DNA from: Ramazzottius varieornatus
Lineage: Eukaryota; Animalia; Tardigrada
Assembly (NCBI GenBank): GCA_001949185.1
Contig: BDGG01000012.1
Location: 426,973 to 490,972, forward strand
Direction: 5' to 3'
Length of the DNA stretch: 64,000 bases
Shown here: piece after piece, positions 51,515 through 63,180 of the stretch
Layout of the letters: the number at the start of each line of letters is the position of its first letter
How positions within the stretch are numbered: position 1 is the first letter of the stretch
Position numbers and translations under genes: made by a program
Notes under the pieces: generated by a model
Told to the model about the DNA's origin: nothing
The model's input: only the letters and a program-made list of their open reading frames with translations
Databases searched by the model: none

Positions 51515-54500
51515 TTATGAAAGGTATCTGGCTTCTACGCGGCTCTTCACTTCATGCAGAATATGGTTTCCGTACTGGGAGGCTAGAAGCGCGTCAAGAT
51601 TGACAGCGCGCTCTAAAGGACGGACTGCGGATGACGCCAGAACCCAGTTGATAACTTCATCGGCGACGAAACCGAGCTGCCTTTCCACACTCCGCTCGTA
51701 CACCACTGTAAAACAACAAGCATGAGCCGTACAATAGTCGCCCTAAATACTGTAATGCTTCTTTAACTTCGCGAATTACGTCCTAATACACGTGCAGTTG
51801 GACGCCGGTCCAAAAATTCTGCCCTATAAACCCCCTAAGGGATGTTTCGCGCGTATGATGACGTAGTTAGCGAAGTTCAAGAAGCATCACAGTAGTAAGG
51901 ATGCCCATTCCGCCTGACTTGCTTCCTGAGACGGAATTCGGAAAGGAATTCCTAATTTTCCTATTTTCCGTTTCCTAAAACGGCTCAACCAAAAATCGGA
52001 ATTCCAATACGGCAGTTCAAGGAGCAAAACACCAGTCGGGTGTACGTTAGGCCCGCCCAACAAGCTCAGCAAGATCGTTTCCAAGTGGCGCACGAATCCA
52101 GCCAGTTAAAATCACAACGTGCGCCACTTCGAGGTCATTTTTATCGAGTTTGTTTGCTCTGCTTTTATGTAGTGAGAAAAATGACACCAAAACTCGACCG
52201 ATCGGCGCAGAAAACGGGATTCCGCTGTGCAAAACCGGATTTTGATAAGCGGAATTCCGGCCAGATCCTTGTATTCCGAATCGGAATTCCAGCGTTCCCA
52301 ATCGGGCTCAGCCGGAACGGGGCGGAATTAGGAATGGAACGGAACGGAAAACGGAATGGGCATCCTAACTAAATAGTACAGTAGTTATTTCGAACGCAGT
52401 GCTGACTTTCCAAAAAGCTGCTAGTCAAGTTGGTGTCAGGCACGGCCTTGTCTATTCACCCGTAGAAAAAAGGGCAGAAAATGTGCTGTACTCGTACCGG
52501 CAATGTTTTCAGCAGTGAGTCTTTCCTGGATCAGCTCATCCAGCGCTGCCTGTTTCAGCTCGAATGCCAGGTACTGGTCGCTGAGCTGGACGACGTCGAG
52601 CAGCACCAGCGCTTGATGAAACATGAACTGCATCACGGGGCATTCTCGGACCTCGCAGCCGCAGAGATGGTGAACAAGGAGCGTCAATGCTTCCAAGGAG
52701 GTCTCGCTGATCTTGACCACCTTGTCCGTCTGGCCCTCGATGAAGTGGCCAGCAGTCAACATGGCCTCAAAGACCTCGGAGGACGCAGAGAGACGTCGAC
52801 GGTTGACCAGCAGATACTGCCCGTCGTCGACGCTCAGTGTCGCTTCTTGGGCGGAAGTGAGACCCAGAAGACTCTCCGCGTACTGGCAACACTCCATTGG
52901 CGCGTCGTCTTCGACATCCGCAGTATTTCTATGGCAGAAAACAGAACGTCATCGGCGGATAGCCGTCAGAAAAACTTTGATTGGGAGCTGGTCAAACAAA
53001 CAACAAGATCGACATCTCATGAGGCGCACATTCTCGTCAACACTGAATAGTAACGTGCGCCACTTGAGACAACAACCGTGCACTACTTTTTGTTTGCCTA
53101 GCTCTCAATTGTTAGGGAGACTTACGTCGGCAGGTGCGTGGCTTCTTGTGCATAATTCTCGCTACCTGTGACGAAGAAGCCATGCAAGGCCTGGGCAAAC
53201 ATGACTCGATCCCCGACATTCCCCTCCAGGTTCATGGCCACTTGCATCAACTGGTCCATGACAACCTCCTTCCCGAAGAACTTTCTTCGGTCCGCGCTTG
53301 TCTGCAGCAGCAACGCCGCACTGGCGATGCAAGTAAGTCTCACGTCTGGCGACGAGCGCAGACAGAGATGCAAGAGCTCGCCAAAGCCAAAATGGCTCTC
53401 CCCTTGTCTTCTCATCTGTTTCAGCAAGCTGGTCTTTTCTTTGGTATTCCCTCTTCCGTCAGTGTTCGCTTCGATGAAATCAGGATGGTGTAGCATTAGC
53501 GGAAAACCGTGTTTGATCAACGGCTGAAAGCACAAGTGTGAGCGAATGATATGGGCTAGAATCGAAACGGCGTCCTCTGGTGTGGCTTGTGAGCTGGTAT
53601 TACTGCCTCTGGTCCTGCTTTTGGTGTTTTGGGAGAGGTAAGCCACTAAACTACCCAAAGTACTTTTGCCCGTGAGACTGGGTGCTAATTCGTTACGGTA
53701 GGATATGGAACCGAAGAAGGCCATGATGTAATCGACAGCCTTCTCCGCGTTGCGCTTCGTCCACTTGGAACTTATGTTGTCGGTTACAGTGTGGGTATCT
53801 GTGTCTGTAGACGTGTGGAGTTTTTTGTTACTGTTTGGTGAGTGTTCCGAAGGTTCATCGGATAGTTTTCTCTTCAGTGGCGATCTTGGAGGATCGGATC
53901 CGCTAGTCGAAGGCGATGCCTCTTTCTCTAGACCCAGATTGGCCACGGCCTACGAAGACGGAAGAGAGAATGCACGACTCTGTCGATAACCGAAACGCTG
54001 GCAAAAGATTTCCGCAGATCGTTATGCCAAGTGGCGCGAATCACCATTGTCACAAGCTGGGGCGTGCGCCACTTGGGAAAACGATCTAGGTAAACTCATT
54101 TGGCAGCTGACATACACCCGGAAGTCAAATTACCGTGACAAGTTGGCTACTGTCAGTGTCCATGGCTTCCTCTTGGTGGACCACGGGTGACCATCGGCCA
54201 CCACCACCGTCCGCTTCAAGGCTTGTTGTGTGTGTAGGCGACGTAACCGAACTGGGCGATGACTGTCCCGAGAAGCGGCCTGGACTGAATGGGTTTCCCG
54301 ACCACATGGACCTGCCGGGACTACCTTCATACTCTCTCATTTCTTGTGGCAGCGACGGTGGCGAGAAGACCGGACTGTTTAACATGGCCGAGACCATCGG
54401 CCACTCTTGTCGACTTTGTAGGGGAGTGTTTTGCGCGGCATAGTTGGCCTGAACTTCTCGCTGGTACGAAGGACTACTGGCACTGTATATCACACTCTGA

Positions 54501-56271
54501 GGTGCTCTGGTATTTGACGTATCTCCGCTGTCATGCAGTGTCTCTTCTGATGCGACTAGCGGTGCATTTTCGACGTTCGTGTGAACAGTATGTGCTTTGT
54601 GTCTCATATTCTTGGTTACACCGCCAACCGGAAACAGAATCTGCATGGCTGACTGCAAGTGTCTGGTGGCTAGAAGAACCACCCCGTTCTTGATGAGACT
54701 CTCCAGGGTCCGTTCGTCATGACGAAACTCTGGCAGACAACTAAGAATGTGTAAGTGAACCGAGTCGTACAAGGAGGAAGCGAGAACACTGAGGAGCACG
54801 GGGATGCCACCGAGGTCGTTCAGCTTGACTCGGTTGTACCCGTCGTAACAGCAGGTACTCAGTGCGTACACAATCTTCTTCTGCATGCTGGAGACTGTAG
54901 TCTGACCTTCGTCAAACCCTAAGTGTTCCAGGAAGCAAGCCATGACACCGTTACTGCCCATATCTCCACGAATGCTGCCGTTGGTCGATAGCAGGCACAG
55001 CAAGTCCAACGCCAGCTGCTGGATACCTAAAACAAACGCACAAGAGAATTAAGACTTAGCATAGGTATTATCCGACGTTTGGTTAACCTGCAGTTTCGTG
55101 GGAAGTGAGAGTGAGAAGGCGTGGTACGAAAGCGCGATTGTCACGAGCCAGCTGCACCATCAGTCGGTCCCTTTCGTTCATCAACGGTGTAATGATGCTC
55201 TTCTCCTTATGAACGGTGGGAGTAAGCTCATTGGCAAAGGTGGTTAGACAGGACAGAGCGTGCTGGAGCACCTCGACATCGTCCTGCTGGACTAACAGCG
55301 ACCCAACTGCGGCCACAAAGCCCGCCCTGATCAAGTCGCGCTTCAGTGTGGAGGCTTGACGAGCCGTGCGTATAGCCATGGTCAGACATTGGCTGGACGA
55401 ACATGACAACAAACTCTTCAAGGCTTGGATGACTTCAGCTGTCAGCTTTTGTTGACGGGACAGCAGCTGAAGAACGGAATCGTTGAGCAGAAGGTTCCCC
55501 AAACAGCAACAGGCCAGACTTCGAGCTTGATCCTCGTATCCATTTCCCATGCACCTCACTACAGCACACAACCAACAGAATGTTAGATACTTACCTTGTA
55601 GTAAACAGAAAAGTGAAAGCTAATCGCTCTCAGTTGACTGAAGGACTACTGCACACTTCCACGAGCTGTAGCAATGCCAGATCAGGGCCGTGCCCGTGTT
55701 AGGCGATGACGTAATGGTCTGCTGGCGTCATGCACTAGCTTTGCAGTTTCAACAGTGTCATTTTCTTTGCTTTGGCGAATCGAGCGGATAAGTCCCTGAA
55801 TGTTTCCGCTTATTTTAACATTTTAAACTTACAGAAAGTGCGCAGTGACTGTTCGGTCGAGAGCGCCGAACGGCCAAGAACGCTGCTGGTCAGATAGGAG
55901 AGAAGGTGCAAGCTGGCAGTAATGGCATGAACGTGTTCCGTCGACGTGGACTGCGGAGCAATCCGCGTGGTGCGTTCCTTGGATAGCGACGATCCTATTT
56001 CCATGAAAGATGAGACGTCGATTGGGGGAGACGGGGAGCGAGATTCAATATCGTGGGTTAGAACAGCCATCAGGAGTGAGACACCACCAGCTTCCACCAG
56101 CTTGTCTCCGTCCGACGGGTGACGACGCACATGTTTTCGAAGGTAATCCACCACTTGCTTCTTCTCTCTCCAGTCATTGTTTGCCTCGTCTTTCAGCCTG
56201 TCCAACTGAGTGTCCAGCTTCGTTCGAGCTGGACGTGGTTGAGGATGGTCTCCTCTGCTGTGATGATCCAT
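51515..56271 (-). CDS. ARMC5: ARMC5-like protein (ARM repeats plus C-terminal BTB)
   Basis: ARM-type helices (ARSLACCCLGNL, NRVKLNDLGGIPVLL), an SP-rich linker, and BTB VNRRRLSASSEVFEAMLTAGHFIEG..LLVHHLCGC. Confidence 0.85.
51750..51892. mobile_element. 143-bp MITE with TA TSD in the last ARMC5 intron
   Basis: ~33-bp TIR CTGT(A/G)ATGCTTCTT(T/G)AACTTCGC.AA.TACGTC flanked by TA. Confidence 0.8.
51897..52367. mobile_element. ~470-bp hAT-like MITE with GGAATTCC/TTCCG subterminal repeats
   Basis: TIR (A/T)AGGATGCCCATTCCG / CGGAATGGGCATCCTA, with many CGGAA/TTCCG motifs near both ends. Confidence 0.75.
52059..52154. repeat. Family-A hairpin nested in a MITE within the ARMC5 intron
   Basis: AAGATCGTTTCCAAGTGGCGCACG / CGTGCGCCACTT. 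Confidence 0.85.
52993..53096. repeat. Family-A intronic hairpin (ARMC5)
   Basis: TCTCATGAGGCGCACATT / AACGTGCGCCACTTGAGA, with outer CAAACAAA / TTTGTTTG. Confidence 0.8.
54016..54087. repeat. Family-A intronic hairpin (ARMC5)
   Basis: AGATCGTTATGCCAAGTGGCGCG / CGTGCGCCACTTGGGAAAACGATCT. Confidence 0.9.
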
Positions 56272-56747
56272 TGCTTCCAGTCCCACAAACTCGTAGGAGC
56301 ATTACTTCATCGCAGCACTTCGCGTGTCCAGGGAGTTCAAATAGAAGACTCACTAAACATCATCAAACGGTGCCATTAGGTTATGAGCACAGAGAAAAGT
56401 TCAGGAAGCCAGGAAACCCAGGAGTCCAGGACCAAGGTGAACCGTGAACACGTGAAACTGCACTGCAAAAAGTTGAAACGTCTTGAGGAAGACATTCTGA
56501 CATACTGACAGACTGCACGTCATGTCATATAGCGAAACTTATAACGTACTCTTCACTCAAACATTCCGGATTTCGGAAGAACTAATTGCAGCTTTTGATT
56601 CCGATGCGAGACGAGGTCTTGATAACCTCGTTTATTTTCATCCAACAGCTGAAATCTGGAAATTCGTCAAAAAACATCATTTTCCTCTTGACCTTTCCGG
56701 ATCGAAAATGAGATCGTTCTCTCCGAAAGAAAGCTGGTACACAGTCT

Positions 56748-59700
56748 TCACCCGACATAAGGGTATGGAAATCGTAAAGAATTGAAAGGAAAAACCGGTC
56801 CCTCTAGATTAGGTCTATTGGGCGGATAGTACTCAGCGTAGTCGTGGTACCGGCTTGTCGAAGTCGAAACCATTGTCCCCATCGTATGCATTCCATAACT
56901 GGGATATGTCGGATTGAACCCATAATACGTTGTTTTCGACGTGCCAGCACTCAACGTCGTCGTGATCGGGAGTGTTGGAACCGTTACAGCCACCGACGTG
57001 GAAGGAGCTGGGCTTGTACTACCTGTTGTTGTTGTTGGTGAAGTACTGCTGGTCAACTGGATCTGGACGTCGCCTGGTGGCGCATTCATCCTTATGAAGT
57101 CCAGATAGTTGGCCACTTTGGTGTACTGAGATCCGATATTCGACGCGCAGGGATCGTCACCGAAAGAGGTGAGACCGGCAACGTAGTGCGACCTTGTTGT
57201 CGGGTTGTAACACATGAAAGGTCCGCCACTGTCAACAAGTGAAGAGTGAAGACGGAAGCATTGTTACCAGTTACGAGAGAAAAGGGAAGTTGTACCTGTC
57301 TCCGAAACAGGAGTCCTGGCCACGAACTCCACCTGAGGCAAAGGTTCAAGACTGGTAAGCAACCGGAAGGGCGAGTATCCGACGGTAGATGTTCGTACCT
57401 GCGCAGATGAAGTCATCCAGATCGGTGTCGACGTTGTTTGAATCCGTCAGTATTTCGCAAGAGCCATCGGTGGACTGCTGTTTGACGGCTTGAGCTACCC
57501 ACGTAAGCGGGATGTTAGCCGGCTGAGCTGGAAACATATAATACGAAATCTATAATCAATGAACCCGCCCGCCATTACCATGCTGAGCATGCCTAATGTG
57601 AAGCACTTATTAATGAAGTTCTATAAACTGGACTTTGCTAGATGGTCCGGTATCAGCGGACATTTCGGCTTTCTTGCGCTTACGAGTATTGTCGGTTACA
57701 GTTGACCCGAAGCCGGAGATCTCGCACTTTTCACCCGTTGCTGGAAGACGGTCAGTCACACAGGCTGTACAGTAACAGCCTGAAGGAGTGAAGGTGATTG
57801 CTTCGGATAAGACGAGTACTGCTGTAATAATACCAACATTATTCCAGTAATTCTAAATTATCGCATTATTGCCAACGAGATTGAAGCAGTGAAGTCCGGC
57901 CTACAGACATCCGAGACCGTACCGATATCGTTATCCAAGTTTTCGGGATTCCACTGTGGATGCGGAATAACTTTGGCAACGGTGAATGTGGCAACGCAAC
58001 CACTTGGGTCAGAGTCCGCAGGGTACTCGATGGCTCCAATAATCACCGTTACGTTGGCGGCTGGAAACACCACGCTGAAAATACAAATCGTATCCACAGA
58101 TTAGCATCAAATCATTCTGGTTCACACGGAGGGAAGGCGTATGAGGTAATACCTCGCCTCATTATGGACGCAATGTCCAGCGGTCAGAATAGTCCGCGAT
58201 CCGATTATTACTCCTGCACAAATAGCAACCTGCCTGAAATGTAACTAACTCTACCAAGCCTTATTCAATACGAGTAGAATTAACCGTACCTCCGCAGAAC
58301 TGATAGAATTCATCTCCAACGGTCGCTTCCATGGTTGCCTGTTCGACAAATGACACCGTAGCTTGACATATCACAAGACAGTAAAGCTCTGCGCGTACCT
58401 GCCAACATATCTCTCGCGGACTGGTAGCCAAAGTCCCGCCGATAATCCTATTGGTCTTTTTCGAGAACCGCCGAACTTTCCTCTTTGCATTCACGCTGGT
58501 CGCAACCTTTCCAGTAGAGCTAAACTGGGCTGCGAAACCAAATGGGTCGGTGTTGCCACCGAGAGGGACACCACAAGGTACGCCGGTGGGCGGGCTTGTA
58601 GTGGGTTGAGTTGATGAAGGAGTGCTGGAACCTCCTGAGATGTCACCGATAGTCACATCCCCCGCAGGAGAGTTGGCTACTATCCACGAATGGTAGTTGA
58701 ATACTTTAACGCTTTGACCACCGTCACCGGTCCCGCAAGTTTCTGACCCGAAGGAAATGATACCGCCGAGGTAGTACCGGTTACTGCTGGGGTTATAGCA
58801 GGTTAGAGGTCCACCAGAGTCACCGACACATTGATCCTGACCGACCGCTCCGACGGAACATCTGTGTGGTCGTCAGAAAGGACGAACGCTAATACCGTTA
58901 CATGCATAAACTGGGACAGACATTAGTAATAACCGTCGGTACTTACATGAAATTTGTCAGGTTGGTCGATGCGCCACTGTCATCCACGAAAAAAGCGCAA
59001 CTTCCGCTGGTTGCCGTGTTTTGTTGCAAAATTGTTTGGACGACCCACTTCAGTGGGATCGGGTCGCGGGGACCTATGGCTGTAACGGGGCTTAACATCA
59101 CTGCACTACATCTTCGGTACATCTTCTTATTCAAGCTAGGCTCACTTACCAGAAGAATTTGCAATCTCGTTTCCATACCCACTCATGACGCAGGTTTCGC
59201 CAACTGCTGGAATGCGGTTCGGCAAGCAGATGGTACATGCGCAGGGTTTGCCTTGAAGATCAATGGCTTCGCTCAGAATTAGAAGAGCTGCAGGGGAAAA
59301 GCTATAGACGTGTACTTATTCTGATTGTTATTTAACAGAAGAAGATTTTCTGTACGTGCCTAAATCGTCATCGCTGGTGGGGTACTGGAACGTCGGGTAT
59401 GTGATTGTTCGTGTCACTGTGTATTCTTGGGCGCAACCAGTGGGATCGTTAGCGTTGGTTGTCGGCGCACCGCTGTCCATTGCGCCTACCGTCACGAAGA
59501 TTGAGCTGGCAACCACTGGATTTCTACAAAACGGCCGGCTGATTGAACGACAGTCGTACGCAAGTAGAGACCATCTGTTTTCGCTCTTACGCGTCAAGAT
59601 CCAGAAGACAACTGGCGGAAGCGAGGATCGTTCGCGAGCCTATGATGATTCCACCACAAGATATCTGTCCGCCGTTTGCAGGCAAATCCACAACCACATA

Positions 59701-61851
59701 AGCCTGGAAACACAGAGTGGAGTTACTGCAGATATATATAAAGCTAGGCAGCAGACAAAAAGAAAGTGCTGTAGGGATACGATGACGTACCTGCCAACAG
59801 ATGACAGTTGCTGTAGTGTCAAAACCTCCGATGATCCTTGGCGCTCCGCGGATGCGTTCTTTTCGTCGACCATTCAAGTTCATTCTGTGGACAGATGACA
59901 ATCTTCGCTTGCTCTTGAACTGCGAAACAATGCCGAAAGGGTCTACGGCTCCATTTCCGGGTAGGCCGCAGCCTTCTCCGGAGGGAGGAGCAGGTGTAGT
60001 GGAACCTCCAGGCGCTGGCGTGACGGTTCCTGTGTCGGAAATGACCACATCACCGACCAGTGCATTCTGTTGGATCCACGAAAGGTAGAGCGGCAGTTTG
60101 GTATTCTGGCCTCCTAAGCCCGCACCACAAGTCTCTGATCCAAAGGAGAGGAGACCCGCGGCATAGTGCGAACTCGTAGTCGGATCGAAGCAAGCTAAAG
60201 CACCTCCTAGAAAATATATCGGCAGTTAAGTGACGCGAGAGACCCGGTGGACGAGACGTCCAGCGTCGTCATGTCAAGTGGCGCACACTTCCAGCCAAAA
60301 ACAACGCAAACAGGCGCCACTTGAGACACCAGTTTACACTTCTCGTCCACCTTGTGGTAAAGAAACCCAAGAGCAGAAAACCTATGCGAACCTTGGTCTT
60401 CCAAACAGGAATCCTGGCCGGCGGAACCCCCAGCACCTACAAAGCATATATTTGGATAACATACTGACATTCTTATTTATGACGTGTGGTCCTTTTACAG
60501 ATGAACAGGGAAGTATCCGTTTCGGCGGTTCCTGCCGCGTTTGCAAAGACCGGGCAGGCCGCCACGTCGTCTTCGCTGATGATCGTCTGAGCCACCCATT
60601 TCAGCGGTATTGGAGTATTCGAGACTACAAGCAACAGACCATAGAACATCTATCGAAAGCCCCAACGTCTCAAAAGGTACTTACGAGTCAAGTTGGCATT
60701 GTCGAAGCCATATCCACTGACAATGCACTTCTCCTCGACATTCGGCTGGCGGTTCTTCAGACAAAGCGTACAGGCACACGTCTTGCTGCTCAGGTCAATA
60801 GCACTGGCCAGCGTTATGATGGCCACATCATTGTTGTTCAGTTCGTAGTTGAAGTCTGGATGGGCGGTGATGGACTGAACCTCGAAGGTTTGCGCACACC
60901 CAGTTGGGTCGTTCGCGTTGGTGTCCGGTGCGCCATTGTCAATGGCTCCGACGACGATCTGGAACTGGCTCGCTGACATCTGCGTTCTGCGAACCAAGAA
61001 GGAACGTAAATTTCTATCGAGTGAATTCACGCGAAGTACTCACGCTGTGTCGAGGTCGTAAAGACAGGCAGCCGTCGTCAAGATGGTCCGACTTCCGATG
61101 ATAACTCCGCCGCATAACTGGAGGAACTGGGTAGCCGTTGCAGCCCACACGAGGACCTGCAAAAAGAAATATCATTTATCTCATACACAGTCGCAGATCT
61201 ATGTATTTGGGGAAGTGAAGATTCTCGTTTTCCCAAGCGACGCACACTTCCAGCCAGTACCAAAGGATGAGTACGCCACTTGACTCAACGGTATATATTT
61301 GGTTTGTTTGCCGACGTCGCATTTCAGGCCAAAGGGTTCGACTGAGCATCACTTCAGTGGTGTACCTGCCAGCAGATTTGAGAAGGAGCCGTTGTGGCGC
61401 CTCCAATGATCCGTTGGTTATTATTTCCACTTAGTCGACGCCTGGAGAACTGACCGAATGCGCGAGGGTCCGCTTCAAGCAGTTCAACATCTCTACTCCT
61501 CCGCGCGGAAGCTGCAAACTGAGCGGCCAGTCCGAACGGATCAGTCTGGCCGTCACCAGTGCGACCACAGGCTTCGGTGGTGCTCTGTCGTAAGAAAGAA
61601 TGCGCGACCGAAGCCAGAACCTGCTTCCGTGTGAGTACATTTCTCCCACGGTTCTTGTGAGTTTCACGGCGGCTGAATACGTTTCGATGCGGACGGAAAG
61701 AACTTGGAGGACTGGCCTCACTGATGAAGTTGTCCATCGTCAAGCGAGGGTTCTTCTGGCTCAGTCTTTTCTTGATGAGCCTGATGCCGCCTACTTCGGC
61801 CATGATAAGAAATAATCCAAGAAAATATATCAGACGGAAAATTCCCAACAT
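56748..61851 (-). CDS. Secreted polyprotein of three tandem trypsin-like (S1A) domains with a Ser/Thr-rich tail
   Basis: Signal peptide and three RIIGG..ICWQ..CGG domains. Domain 1: LTTAAC / EDQGG. Domain 2: LASASC / GDSGG. Domain 3: LTAGHC / DNDI / DSCFGDSGG. Confidence 0.88.
60273..60327. repeat. Family-A intronic hairpin (protease gene)
   Basis: TCAAGTGGCGCAC / GGCGCCACTTGA. Confidence 0.8.
61226..61290. repeat. Family-A intronic hairpin (protease gene)
   Basis: CGTTTTCCCAAGCGACGCAC / GTACGCCACTTGACTCAACG. Confidence 0.75.
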
Positions 61852-62215
61852 GTTGAACGATGTGACATGAATCGACTTTCAAAATGAGGCACTGTTCAAA
61901 ATTCTCCTTGTACTAAATTTGAGATTATCTTCTTCACGCATGTTTGAAGATTTGTCGGTGGGAGATTTGTCAGTAGAAGAGAAAGAACTAGTTCGAAGTT
62001 ATCGTGAAGGCTCTTGAACTGTCCGACAACCTAAATTTGACTAAAGTGTCGCTTTACTACTCCGTGGAAGTCATTCGCACACAGTGTATCACATCAAACA
62101 GTGGGATGTAAAACTGCAATTTTCACATTCAATAAGAACTGTGGTGTTTGTCCGTCATAGGTCGAGCGAATTCTACGGCAATTATTGAAACATTTCTGTC
62201 TAAGGAAATGTTCGT

Positions 62216-63180
62216 TTATGGCGGAGAAGGTGCTGAAGGTTGTACTCTGAACGAAAGGAAAAGTTTCACAGTTCCGTAAACGATAAGACACCCTAATGCC
62301 GTACCTCCGACCGCCAACAGGTAAGGTTTCAGGAAGACGGACAGCGAAGGGTTTCGATAGATGATAATGACGTTATCGTTCTTGTTCAGTTTGGCCTTCT
62401 CCGTAGCGAAGTGCTCGAGCTGGAGCTCCGTCTGGGTCTCCATATCGATCCGAAGGTTGGCTATTTCCTCGTCCAAATCTGGTAACGAAAACAGGATCCT
62501 TTCCGCGTGAAACTCTTCCAGAATCATGTCCGTCGTTTGTGCAGCAACCTGCAAGAAAACATCTCATGTAAAATATTGAAACCGCCATCCCGAATGCTAT
62601 CAAACAAAACGCAGCTGCCTCTCGTGAACATGCATACAACGAGCCATGTACCGCACAAACACGCATCAGTATGCAGGTAGATGAACAAGCCATCCGTCAA
62701 AAACCGACATACAATGAGCCATATATCGCAGAGCTACGTTAGTATGCAGGTACATGAAATTGCCCTTACGTCTTGAGCAGTGATGGAAGTCGATTCCGTC
62801 TGACACGACACTACTTCTCTCCTGACTTGTCGATGAAGTAGCTCGCGCATCACATTTTCCATGAAAAGCATGTTGCTTTCCAAGCATCTTTGGAAAGCGT
62901 CAACTTGTTCCTGAGTCTTGAGATCAGCTGTGTTGGGCACAGGAAACATCTCGCCGTTCATACGACTTAACCCCACAGCGCCGTCACTCATCATTCCGTT
63001 CAGGTTGCCTTCCAGATGCCGTACGCGCGTCACGCAGTCTCGCTGGAGGTCTTGAATGTTCTGAAGACGTTTCGTGATTTCGGGATCACTGATGGACGTC
63101 CGGACAGACTCGCTATTTGGCTTCAGGGATGCATCCACTTGTGTGTCACCTCCGGTGTCTCCATGATGCTCAACTGACAT
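62216..63180 (-). CDS. Unknown coiled-coil protein with C-terminal hydrophobic anchor; 2 exons (~63180-62770, 62548-62216)
   Basis: Two ORFs joined by a GT-AG intron. C-terminal YLLAVGGTALGCLIVYGTVKLFLSF is followed by a short tail. Confidence 0.65.
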
